Assembly: GCA_003513495.1 (NCBI GenBank)
Contig: DOPM01000043.1
Location: 907-64,906 of the forward strand
Origin: Desulfosporosinus sp.
GTDB lineage: Bacteria; Bacillota; Desulfitobacteriia; Desulfitobacteriales; Desulfitobacteriaceae
Direction: 5' to 3'
Length of the DNA: 64,000 bases
The notes below the pieces were generated by a model that saw only the letters and a list, made by a program, of their open reading frames with translations, was not told the origin of the DNA and ran no database searches. Position 1 is the stretch's first letter. Each line of letters begins with the position of its first letter. The position numbers and the translations under genes are program-made. Shown here in pieces: positions 36,842 to 45,181 of the stretch.

Positions 36842-37270
36842 ATGAATAAGAGACCCATAAAGGTTCTACTGGCCAAGGCCGGGATGGATAATCAGAATAA
36901 GGAAATCCGTATTCTAGCTCGCGGTTTAAGAGAACAGGGCGGCATGGAAGTTATTTATTCCGGTTTGTATTGTTCACTTGAGGAAATAGCTGCAACAGCA
37001 CTGCGGGAGGCTGTTGATCTGGTGGGGTTATTTGTGCATAATGGTTCCCACTTGGATTTATACCCGCGCTTGCATGAGCTGCTGGCTGCCCAAAATGCTG
37101 GGTATATCCCCCCGGTTTTCGGAGGGGGCTTGATACCCGAGCGGCATCGGCAGGAACTTAAAGCTCAAGGGTCGGCAACTGAGATATTCGGGCCAGGCAC
37201 CTCCACCGGCAGCATAATTGCCTGGATTAATCAGGTGCTGGCTGCCGGTGAGGGAGGAGAACTATTATGA
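36842..37270 (+). CDS. B12-binding-domain paralog with a degenerate DxHxxG motif (D-N-Q-N-K-E)
   Basis: 142 aa, alignable by eye to the small subunit along its length (VLLAKAGMDNQNKEIRILA vs ILLSKPGLDGHDRGAKVLA). The GGG motif is retained. The His ligand is replaced by Gln. Confidence 0.7.
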   Translation: MNKRPIKVLLAKAGMDNQNKEIRILARGLREQGGMEVIYSGLYCSLEEIAATALREAVDLVGLFVHNGSHLDLYPRLHELLAAQNAGYIPPVFGGGLIPERHRQELKAQGSATEIFGPGTSTGSIIAWINQVLAAGEGGELL

Positions 37271-37464
37271 GAATATTAAAAGAAAATGTTATCATTCCTC
37301 TTGGCCGCATGTATTTTATACCTAAAGAAGACGGCCTGAAAGCGGAAGACTTAATCATTGAAACGGTCGGTAAATACAAGGTATTTGATAAGCCCGATTG
37401 TATTGCCGTGCATAATGACGACTGCTGCAAGAGTATTAAGGTTACTATAAAAATTAAAGATTAG
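37267..37464 (+). CDS. Small hypothetical protein (65 aa), start overlaps the upstream stop (ATGA)
   Basis: ATGA start/stop overlap with the preceding gene. No recognisable family. Composition shifts to AT-rich. Confidence 0.4.
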   Translation: MRILKENVIIPLGRMYFIPKEDGLKAEDLIIETVGKYKVFDKPDCIAVHNDDCCKSIKVTIKIKD

Positions 37465-37953
37465 TCTGCCTGCTTTTTTTGCTAAGAAGATTTCTTGAAG
37501 GCAGAGAACAATTTACGCGACTGACTTCCAACCACTGGCATTATGACAGGATGGTTCGGCTTTGTAATTATCACCGAAAAATTTGATCCTCCTGACCTCT
37601 GGCATCCCTATATGTCGGTTACCGTTACCTGTTAGGTTCTAAGGTGACCGGATAAAGGTGAAGTATGCCAGAGCACAATCCAATCCGGGGTAGAGCTTTT
37701 GACTCTTAAGTTATGAGGCAGCAAATGTCAAACTGGAAAGAGAATAAATTCAAATAATATCGAAGTGTTCTAATATCAAAACAACATTTGAATGACCAAT
37801 GGGACATTAATTAATAATTCTGAGGTAACATAAGTGTTGAATTCTTAACTAACATATAATCAGTTAGGAAGTGGAATTAAATAAAGATTCAGAGAATTAT
37901 GACCCCTGATCCCTTAACCATAAGTCCCAATCATAAGGTTTGCGAGGTAGTAA

Positions 37954-38034
37954 ATAGCTGAAGCTTTATTTACGCCGGGTGCAACTTCCAGTGAGATTGT
38001 GAGTTGGATTAAGGATAGAGTAACCGCTAGTTAA
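37954..38034 (+). pseudogene. Relic 3' fragment of a mutase B12-binding small-subunit gene
   Basis: Translates to IAEALFTPGATSSEIVSWIKDRVTAS-stop. Compare KALFTPGAKLDSLVEWINTNV at the end of 35227-35631. An in-frame stop lies immediately upstream. A strong terminator follows. Confidence 0.5.
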
Positions 38035-38049
38035 AGAGAACGTTATAAT

Positions 38050-38097
38050 AAAAACAAGAGGCGCATGTTCAGTATTGAACGTGCACCTCTTGTTTTT
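38050..38097. terminator. Bidirectional terminator
   Basis: About 24-bp imperfect stem AAAACAAGAGGCGCATGTTCA / TGAACGTGCACCTCTTGTTTT with A- and T-runs on the flanks. Confidence 0.8.
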
Positions 38098-38141
38098 ATT
38101 ATATTGCCTTTATACGACATAAAATGTCTATAAGTATTGCT

Positions 38142-38528
38142 TTAGAATAATGTAAACTGCACCGCCTCTGGAGTTAAATGAGCCTTTTGGAATTCATTTC
38201 CAATAACAATACTACATTCAACTGCACTAATTTCGCATTTTGAAAAACTCCCTAGTTCAAGAAGTTCGAAGGTTGCTAGTGTTTTGTTCCAAATAACTTT
38301 GTAAATGACAGATGAGATTTTGACTAAATCACCTTCATAAACGTCTGTTCCGTTGTTATCACAAAAACCAGTCCATTGAAGCAATATGTATTTCCCAATG
38401 GGTTCCCAAGATCGACCTGGCACGCTCACTGCAAATGGGGACGTACTGTTCGTATCAAAACTTATGGCCTGAGGCTTTAACATTTTCTCCTGAATCCTGT
38501 CCCAAACTCTTAACTTTATTTCTCTCAA
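38142..38528 (-). CDS. YopX-family phage protein (orphan)
   Basis: N-terminus (M)REIKLRVWD is the typical YopX start. TTG start 9 nt after AAGGAGG. No other phage genes nearby. Confidence 0.65.
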   Translation of the reverse strand: MREIKLRVWDRIQEKMLKPQAISFDTNSTSPFAVSVPGRSWEPIGKYILLQWTGFCDNNGTDVYEGDLVKISSVIYKVIWNKTLATFELLELGSFSKCEISAVECSIVIGNEFQKAHLTPEAVQFTLF

Positions 38529-38617
38529 TTTGCGGTACCTCCTTTGAAACTAGAAACGCTTATTAGATAAATACGTTCAAAGGGAGAAAATATAAGAGGG
38601 TTAGGAGATATCTTTTT

Positions 38618-39484
38618 TCATTCGCTGAAGATTGAGGCGTTATCCTTCACAAACATTTCGACCGTTCGTGGCATTCTGCCGGTTAGCTTTTTATAGTCCT
38701 CAGTAATCCTCTTGGCTGTGCCAAGCCGAGTCATAAGATAGAGCATAATTGTAACGTTGACATACTCCCTGTCTAGCCTTCGGATATCCAACATGTGTTT
38801 CCGATAAGCATAGATCGAAGGTTTTTGGTAAACGATCTTCCGACCCAACACGTTAGTTAGAATTTTAGCTATCTGAAAGTAGTCCAGTGATTCAGGACCG
38901 GTTAGAGTATGAGCAGTATTTCTGTACTTATCCGGATTAGCCAGGAGAACGGCTGCAGCATACCCGATATCCTTCGAATCAATGAAACTACACTTACTAT
39001 TCCCGGCTGGGATGAATATCTCGCCTTTATCACGTATCTCAGGAAGGTGGGCGCCGGTTAGGTTCTGCATGAAGAAACCTGGACGGATATGGGCGTAGGG
39101 GATACCTGCCTTCTCAAGATATTTCTCAATTTTATGGTGAGGTGGGATAGGATTCTTCTCGACCCCCATTAGGGATAAAAAAGATACAAGGCGAATATTA
39201 GCATTTTTCATGGCTGTTATGAATGGCTTTAAATCTTCAGGTTTGCCAAGATGGGGTGGTCTCATCAGGAACACTCTGTCAACATTCTGGAGTGCTGTAG
39301 AAAAAGTTGATTGGTTTTCAAAATCAAACAGAACACATTCGGCACGGCTGTCTACTTGAGCAATCTTGGCAGCAGACATCGAAATAAGGCCTGCCTTAAC
39401 GGGTTCTCCCATATCTAGAAGTGAGCTACAGACGTATCTGCCGACATTTCCAGTTACGCCTGTTACCAGTATTTTTTTCATCAT
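38618..39484 (-). CDS. NmrA-like / atypical SDR NAD(P)-binding protein
   Basis: Rossmann motif VTGVTGNVGRY at the N-terminus, 288 aa, AAGGAG RBS. Confidence 0.8.
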   Translation of the reverse strand: MMKKILVTGVTGNVGRYVCSSLLDMGEPVKAGLISMSAAKIAQVDSRAECVLFDFENQSTFSTALQNVDRVFLMRPPHLGKPEDLKPFITAMKNANIRLVSFLSLMGVEKNPIPPHHKIEKYLEKAGIPYAHIRPGFFMQNLTGAHLPEIRDKGEIFIPAGNSKCSFIDSKDIGYAAAVLLANPDKYRNTAHTLTGPESLDYFQIAKILTNVLGRKIVYQKPSIYAYRKHMLDIRRLDREYVNVTIMLYLMTRLGTAKRITEDYKKLTGRMPRTVEMFVKDNASIFSE

Positions 39485-39679
39485 ATTGTCTCCTTTGTGT
39501 GTGTACCCTCTGCGCTGGGTGTTTACTAATTAATAACTTAGTCTTAACCTTCCCAGTGTTGGAGAAGCGAATGCAAATAATAGTCTTGACAAAGATCTTA
39601 AAATTGATAGACTTAGATTTGTAAGTGAGTAATCACTCATAAAGAGTCTGCTTCATGATCAAATATTTGGAGGACAATT

Positions 39680-40303
39680 ATGAAACTAAATCAAGAAACT
39701 CAACAACAGAAATCCAGTAGAAAGAAAACAGCAGATGAACGGCGCCAAGATATCCTTGAAGCCGCAATAAACATATTTACAAAGAAAGGCTATAATGGCT
39801 CCACAACGGCTGAAATTGCCCGAGCAGCAGGTGTTGCTGAAGGAACTATTTTCCGTCATTTTGCTACTAAGAAGGAATTGCTGATTGCAGTTTTGACGCC
39901 GAAAATACTTAATGGAATTATCTCTCTCGATAAGGAACACAAAGATCCTGTAGAGTTTTTTCGGTGTTTTCTAAGGGATCGCTTAGAATTAATCAAAGAA
40001 AATGAAGGTCTTGTTCGCTTTATGTTTGCCGAAGCACAGTACCATAATGAAGTTAGGGAAGCCCTGTTTAATGGAATTCTGGGACAAGGAATTAGTATTG
40101 TCAAGCCTTGGTTTGATAAGGGTGTTAAAGAAGGGGTTTTTAAACCCGTTCCATTTCCATCCATGATGCGAAGTTTTATGGGGACGGTATTATTTTACGG
40201 GATCTTCAATCACGTTTTTCCTGGGTTTTCCCCAGAAAAAACTATCGAAGAGGCAGCAGATCAAATATTAGATCTTTTTTTACATGGGCTCCTGGTTGAG
40301 TAA
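39680..40303 (+). CDS. TetR/AcrR-family transcriptional regulator
   Basis: N-terminal HTH ILEAAINIFTKKGYNGSTTAEIARAAGVAEGTIFRHF. GGAGGA RBS. Confidence 0.9.
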   Translation: MKLNQETQQQKSSRKKTADERRQDILEAAINIFTKKGYNGSTTAEIARAAGVAEGTIFRHFATKKELLIAVLTPKILNGIISLDKEHKDPVEFFRCFLRDRLELIKENEGLVRFMFAEAQYHNEVREALFNGILGQGISIVKPWFDKGVKEGVFKPVPFPSMMRSFMGTVLFYGIFNHVFPGFSPEKTIEEAADQILDLFLHGLLVE

Positions 40304-40368
40304 TGGGTAAGAACATAAAGCAGTCGTAGATACACTATAAACAATGTGCAAGGGCAGGAGGAGAAAGC

Positions 40369-41385
40369 ATGAGAAAAAAAGCTGTAGTTATGGTCATTGT
40401 TCTAATTTTTATTGCCCTGTCGGTCATAGGGGATCGATACCTAAATCGATCTAACGATTCAAACGTCTTTTCTGGTACTATTGAAGGGACTGAACTACCA
40501 GTACAATCAGAGCTTGGTGGGAGAGTGGTCGATTTGCTAGTAAGTGAAGGTCAGGTCGTTAAAGCAGGGGACATCATCGCTAAACTGGATGACAGTCAGG
40601 CTAAAATTTCCTTGGCTATTGCGAAGAGTCAACACACTCAAGCACAAGCAAAACTGAATGACCTTTTAGGTGGAGCAAGGGCTGAAGAAATTCGTCGGCT
40701 TGAGCACTTAGTGAGTCAGGCGAAGGCCAATTTATCCGCACTGGAACCAAGTCTAAAATTAGAGGAAGATAATCTAGCTGCCAATCTAAAACTCTATGAG
40801 AGTGGTGCAATTAGTAAACAGGTGGTGGATACTCAGCGAACCAAACTTGATACTTTAAAAGCCCAGTATCAGAGCGCCCAAGCGAGTGTTGACGCCACTC
40901 AGGCAAGTTTGGATCAAGCCCAGGCCGGCTATACTCAACCGACGATTCAAGCACAAAAAGCAGCCGTTGATATTGCAGCGCAGTCTATTAAGACGGCAGA
41001 ACTTGGTCTAAGCAAGCTTACTCTTAAGAGTCCTGCCAGCGGTCAGGTACTCTATCAAAATGTAGAGTTAGGTCAAGTTGTCAATCCTGGCTCAACCTTG
41101 GCAACGATTCTGGACCCTAATGATTTGTGGATTAAAGTATATGTCCCTGGAGCTAAGCTGAGTCAGATAAAAATGGGTGGGACAGTTTCCATTGCAGCGG
41201 ATGCCTACCCGGATAAGACATTCAAGGGCCAGATTCAGTATATCAGTACTCAAGCGGAGTTTACACCGAAGAATGTGCAAACTAAAGAAGAGCGTACGAC
41301 GACGGTTTATGCTGTGAAAATTGGCATAACAAACACTGAAGATCAATTGAAAGCAGGTATGCCAGCAGATATAACCCTGGAATAA
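40369..41385 (+). CDS. HlyD-family membrane-fusion/periplasmic adaptor protein
   Basis: N-terminal TM, lipoyl-like hairpin, long coiled coil, beta-barrel C-terminus. Precedes the ABC and ABC-2 genes. Confidence 0.85.
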   Translation: MRKKAVVMVIVLIFIALSVIGDRYLNRSNDSNVFSGTIEGTELPVQSELGGRVVDLLVSEGQVVKAGDIIAKLDDSQAKISLAIAKSQHTQAQAKLNDLLGGARAEEIRRLEHLVSQAKANLSALEPSLKLEEDNLAANLKLYESGAISKQVVDTQRTKLDTLKAQYQSAQASVDATQASLDQAQAGYTQPTIQAQKAAVDIAAQSIKTAELGLSKLTLKSPASGQVLYQNVELGQVVNPGSTLATILDPNDLWIKVYVPGAKLSQIKMGGTVSIAADAYPDKTFKGQIQYISTQAEFTPKNVQTKEERTTTVYAVKIGITNTEDQLKAGMPADITLE

Positions 41386-41399
41386 AGGAGTGAAGCAGA

Positions 41400-42167
41400 A
41401 TGAATTTAGCGATTGATTGCCAGGGTTTGGTAAAGCGCTTTGGCACGTATACAGCGGTTCAAGGGGTTAGCTTCCAACTCCCTGCCGGGGCAATTATGGG
41501 TTTTGTCGGGCCGAACGGTGCTGGAAAAACAACGCTCATCCGTATGCTCTGCGGAGTTTTGCTACCGACAGAAGGAAAAGCGACTGTGTTGGGTTATGAT
41601 GTTTTAACTCAACCAGAGGAAATTAAACAGCGTATTGGCTATATGTCTCAAAAGTTTAGTCTTTATGAAGATCTAACTGTGAAGGAGAACCTGGACTTCT
41701 ATGCAGGGGTATATAGTTTACATGGAAAGACAGCCCAAGAACAGAAGGCAAGGGTCATTAAACGAATTGGCCTGCTTGAACGAACCACTCAGTTAGTTTC
41801 TTCCCTTTCGGGTGGTTGGAAGCAAAGAGTGGCGTTAGCTTGTGCTTTACTGCATAGTCCCCAACTGCTCATTCTTGATGAACCAACTGCAGGAGTGGAT
41901 CCGGTTTCACGACGTATTTTTTTGGATTTGATCCATCAGTTAGCCAAAGAAGGAATGACAATTCTAGTCAGCACTCATTACATGGATGAAGCGGCAACCT
42001 GTGATTATTTGGGTTTCGTTTTCTATGGGCGATTAATAGCCTTTGGCTCGCCGGAGGATATGAAAAGAAAAGAAGCTAAAGAAACTTTAGATGATCTCTT
42101 CATCTATTATGTCGAACATGAAGCTTCGGATGATCCTCGCAATCTCGTTCTTAGGAAAGGAGGGTGA
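41400..42167 (+). CDS. ABC transporter ATP-binding protein (ABC-2 subfamily partner)
   Basis: Walker A GPNGAGKTT, signature LSGGWKQR, Walker B LILDEP. Confidence 0.9.
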   Translation: MNLAIDCQGLVKRFGTYTAVQGVSFQLPAGAIMGFVGPNGAGKTTLIRMLCGVLLPTEGKATVLGYDVLTQPEEIKQRIGYMSQKFSLYEDLTVKENLDFYAGVYSLHGKTAQEQKARVIKRIGLLERTTQLVSSLSGGWKQRVALACALLHSPQLLILDEPTAGVDPVSRRIFLDLIHQLAKEGMTILVSTHYMDEAATCDYLGFVFYGRLIAFGSPEDMKRKEAKETLDDLFIYYVEHEASDDPRNLVLRKGG

Positions 42168-42173
42168 CCCTAA

Positions 42174-43319
42174 ATGGGAAGATTTTCCTGGGTTCGTTTT
42201 TTAGCCGTCTTGAAAAAGGAATTCCTCCACATTCGGCGAGACCGTGCCAGTTTAATCATGGCCATGGTCATGCCGATCGGTATGCTTCTTCTATTTGGTT
42301 ATGCGGTCAATACGGATGTCGATCATCTGCCTACAGTTATTTGGGATCAATCTCAAACAACCGATAGCCGAGACTTTATCGCGTCTATACGGAACACTCA
42401 ATATTTAGATCCCGATGAATATGTCCAAGGATATCATCAGATCGAAAGCTATCTGGACAGCGGTAAAGCTCGGGTAGCCGTCATCATTCCGCCTAATTTT
42501 GGCAAAGAGTTACAGAGAGATAATGGTCAAGGCAACGTTCAGGTTTTAGTCGATGGGTCTGATCCTACTATAGCTCGAGCGGCCATGTCCGCGGTTCAGA
42601 TGCTTGGTCTTAATAAATCCTTAGAGATACAAGGGGTTCGTCTTGCCGCTAGGGGAGCGGCATTGGGTACGAACATGCCACTTAATATAGAGACTAGAGT
42701 TTGGTACAACCCGGACATGAAGTCAATGGTCTTTAACATTCCAGCTTTAATCGGTCTGATCTTACAAAATGTTATAGCAATGTTAACTTCGTTTTCTATT
42801 GTGCGTGAAAAAGAACGTGGTACCATGGAACAAGTGGTCGTGACTCCTATTCGCTCTCTTGAATTGCTTATGGGCAAGCTTCTTCCTTTTGTGTTTATCG
42901 GTTTTGTTTCTTTGACCTTAATTTTAGCGACGGCGATTTTTTGGTTTGGAGTTATGCCGGCAGGAAGTATTCCTCTTTTAGTAATCTTATCCACCATTTT
43001 TCTGTTTACGATTCTAGCCATTGGACTCTTGATTTCCAGTGTTGCCAAGACTCAGCTTCAAGCGATGCAAATGACCTTTATCCTGATTTTGCCCTCAATC
43101 CTCTTATCGGGCTTCATCTTCCCTCGGGAAACCATGCCTACGTTTCTAAAAATTATAGGTGGATTATTTCCATTGACATATTTTCTGGAGATCGTAAGGG
43201 GAATCTTCCTTAAAGGGGTAGGGATGGAGTATCTTTGGCAGGATACGCTCATCCTTTGTGCCTTCGCTATTGTCCTAGTAGGGATAGCAGCTAAGAAGTT
43301 TAAGAAAAACCTGGATTAG
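42174..43319 (+). CDS. ABC-2 type transporter permease (YbhS/YbhR-like)
   Basis: 381 aa: N-terminal TM, large extracytoplasmic loop, then five C-terminal TMs. Confidence 0.85.
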   Translation: MGRFSWVRFLAVLKKEFLHIRRDRASLIMAMVMPIGMLLLFGYAVNTDVDHLPTVIWDQSQTTDSRDFIASIRNTQYLDPDEYVQGYHQIESYLDSGKARVAVIIPPNFGKELQRDNGQGNVQVLVDGSDPTIARAAMSAVQMLGLNKSLEIQGVRLAARGAALGTNMPLNIETRVWYNPDMKSMVFNIPALIGLILQNVIAMLTSFSIVREKERGTMEQVVVTPIRSLELLMGKLLPFVFIGFVSLTLILATAIFWFGVMPAGSIPLLVILSTIFLFTILAIGLLISSVAKTQLQAMQMTFILILPSILLSGFIFPRETMPTFLKIIGGLFPLTYFLEIVRGIFLKGVGMEYLWQDTLILCAFAIVLVGIAAKKFKKNLD

Positions 43320-43660
43320 CGGAGGATGTGAAGTTGCTCCGGTCACCCACGGCGCCGTCACTATCGCACTTGATTCCGAAGCGAGCGTTGGCAAACCTCT
43401 GGGCGTTCTGGCCGCATGCTATGCCATCCTTGGCGCATGCGGCACTAGGAACATCGTGTTCCGTCGCATGTGTGTTGCTCCTTGCCATCCTTGGCACCGC
43501 AACATCAGTCCATCCATGGACAAGTCCCGTGCCACGCTGGCACTTCGGAATCTAAGCGCGATTAACGCGACTCTGCCTAAAGGGTTCGCTCTGCAACATC
43601 ACACCCTCTGGTCTGGAGTGACGGGAGTTTAAGAACGGAAGGGTTTGATGCTGCTCAGGT
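43320..43660. ncRNA. GC-rich multi-hairpin intergenic element (candidate structured RNA, orientation unknown)
   Basis: Long-range helix 43372-43381 / 43543-43552 (10/10), with extensions, encloses four hairpins. The 12-mer GCCATCCTTGGC occurs twice. No ORF has a usable RBS. See findings. Confidence 0.35.
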
Positions 43661-43701
43661 AAAAAGCCTGTCGTTAGGTTTTAACTAGCGACAGGCTTTT
43701 T
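43661..43701. terminator. Bidirectional terminator
   Basis: AAAAA-GCCTGTCG (43666-43673) / CGACAGGC (43689-43696)-TTTTT. Confidence 0.8.
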
Positions 43702-43704
43702 ATG

Positions 43705-44943
43705 TTAGCTGTTCATTTTGGTTCGAATTCGTTCGATAGCTTTTTCCGTATTCTCTCGGGTCCCAAAGGCCGTTAAGCGGAAGTACCCTTCGCCATTAGC
43801 ACCAAAGCCTGCACCTGGGGTACCCACAACATTAGCTTCTTTCATGAGCTTGTCGAAAAACTCCCAAGAACTCATATTATTGGGGGTTTTCATCCAGATA
43901 TAAGGGGCATTAATTCCACCAAATACTTCATAGCCCGCTTTCGTCAGTCCTTCTCGAATGATTCGGGCATTTTCCATATAGTAGTCAATGGTTTCTTTAA
44001 CTTGCTTTTTTCCTTCTTCAGTGTATATCGCTGCTGCTGCAGCTTGCACTGGATAAGAGACCCCATTAAACTTTGTGGTTTGTCTTCTCAGCCATAGTTT
44101 ATTTAGACTATGAGGCTCACCTTTTGAATCATAGACCATAACTTCTTTTGGTACAACAGTATAGGCACACCGTGTTCCGGTAAAGCCCGCTGTTTTGGAA
44201 AAGCTTCGGAACTCTACAGCGACTTCGCGGGCACCTTCAACCTCATAGATCGAGCGAGGGACGTTTTCTTCACGTATGTAAGCTTCGTAAGCAGAATCGT
44301 ACAGGATAATGGATTTATTTTTCTTTGCGTAGTCCACCCATTGCTTTAGCTCTGATTTAGTTAAGGTCATTCCGGTTGGATTGTTTGGGAAACAGAGGTA
44401 AATCATATCTACATGAGTTGTTGGAAACGCGGGTTTCATTCCGTTTTCTTCGGTACAGGGAAGATAAACAATACGTTCATACTGCCCTTTATCTGCATTG
44501 AAGTTCCCAGTACGCCCTGCCATCACGTTACTGTCTACATAAACCGGATAGACAGGGTCAGTGACTGCCATGATATTGCCGGTACCAAAAATCTCTTGAA
44601 AGTTTGCGGTATCACTTTTTGCTCCATCGCTGACGTAGACTTCATCTAAGGTAAGATCGACTCCCCGGGTCTTGTAATCGTTTTCGATAATTTTTTGAAT
44701 TAGAAAGTCATAACCTTGCTCGGGACCATACCCTCTAAAGGTTTCGGCGTTCCCCATTTCATCAACAGCTTTTTTCATAGCTTCAATAACCGCGGGAGGA
44801 AGTGGACGAGTTACATCTCCAATCCCTAAGCGAATGATATCCGCATTAGGGTTCTCGTTTTTAAACTGATTCACCCTGCGGGCAATCTCCGAAAACAGAT
44901 AACTTCCAGGTAACCTAAGATAATTCTCGTTCATTAGTGCCAT
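43705..44943 (-). CDS. dapL: LL-diaminopimelate aminotransferase
   Basis: N-terminus [24 protein letters not shown] and the PLP-lysine context [10 protein letters not shown] are typical of DapL. Confidence 0.85.
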   Translation of the reverse strand: MALMNENYLRLPGSYLFSEIARRVNQFKNENPNADIIRLGIGDVTRPLPPAVIEAMKKAVDEMGNAETFRGYGPEQGYDFLIQKIIENDYKTRGVDLTLDEVYVSDGAKSDTANFQEIFGTGNIMAVTDPVYPVYVDSNVMAGRTGNFNADKGQYERIVYLPCTEENGMKPAFPTTHVDMIYLCFPNNPTGMTLTKSELKQWVDYAKKNKSIILYDSAYEAYIREENVPRSIYEVEGAREVAVEFRSFSKTAGFTGTRCAYTVVPKEVMVYDSKGEPHSLNKLWLRRQTTKFNGVSYPVQAAAAAIYTEEGKKQVKETIDYYMENARIIREGLTKAGYEVFGGINAPYIWMKTPNNMSSWEFFDKLMKEANVVGTPGAGFGANGEGYFRLTAFGTRENTEKAIERIRTKMNS

Positions 44944-45012
44944 AAATTCATAAGTCTCCCTTCTTAACCATTAGCTTTAATCGAAGTATTCTCTAATAAA
45001 ACGATTTCTATA

Positions 45013-45023
45013 ATTATAGCACA
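45013..45023 (-). promoter_or_regulatory. Candidate extended -10 (TGTGCTATAAT) for dapL
   Basis: The minus strand reads TGTGCTATAAT about 70 nt upstream of the dapL start. No good -35 was found. Confidence 0.35.
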
Positions 45024-45135
45024 TTTTTTTCCCTAGTCATTTCATCTCAAGAAAAGGGCTTCTGGAAATTGTTAATTTACCTTTATTATACTGCGATTAA
45101 CGTGGTAAAATAAGAAAGTATGGATGTGTCATGGT

Positions 45136-45161
45136 GTGTCAAAGGACCGTCCCCATGACAC
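45136..45161. repeat. Palindromic repeat, copy C (GTGTCAAAGGACCGTCCCCATGACAC)
   Basis: Same family as 16492-16553 and 55841-55868. Lies in the 5' leader of the aminotransferase gene. Confidence 0.85.
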
Positions 45162-45181
45162 ACAAGAACGGAGTGTATGAT

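Noticed and set aside
37597-37673. 9-bp perfect inverted repeat CTCTGGCAT / ATGCCAGAG enclosing a second imperfect stem, in the non-coding debris after the mutase cluster. Short ORFs lie on both strands.
   Set aside because: There is no terminator context, no recognisable family and no repeat elsewhere in the window. It is most simply degraded remnant sequence. Noted but not interpretable.
43300-43555. Two ORFs in the track (43328-43555 plus strand, 75 aa; 43300-43497 minus strand, 65 aa) over the GC-rich intergenic element.
   Set aside because: No usable RBS: the GGAGGA lies 1 nt from the GTG. The predicted peptides are low-complexity and Ala/Leu/Pro/Ser-rich. The region is packed with hairpins. 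Treated as non-coding structure.
44944-45135. Looked for a lysine (L-box) riboswitch or T-box upstream of dapL and the second aminotransferase.
   Set aside because: The leader is short and AT-rich, with none of the conserved L-box or T-box elements.
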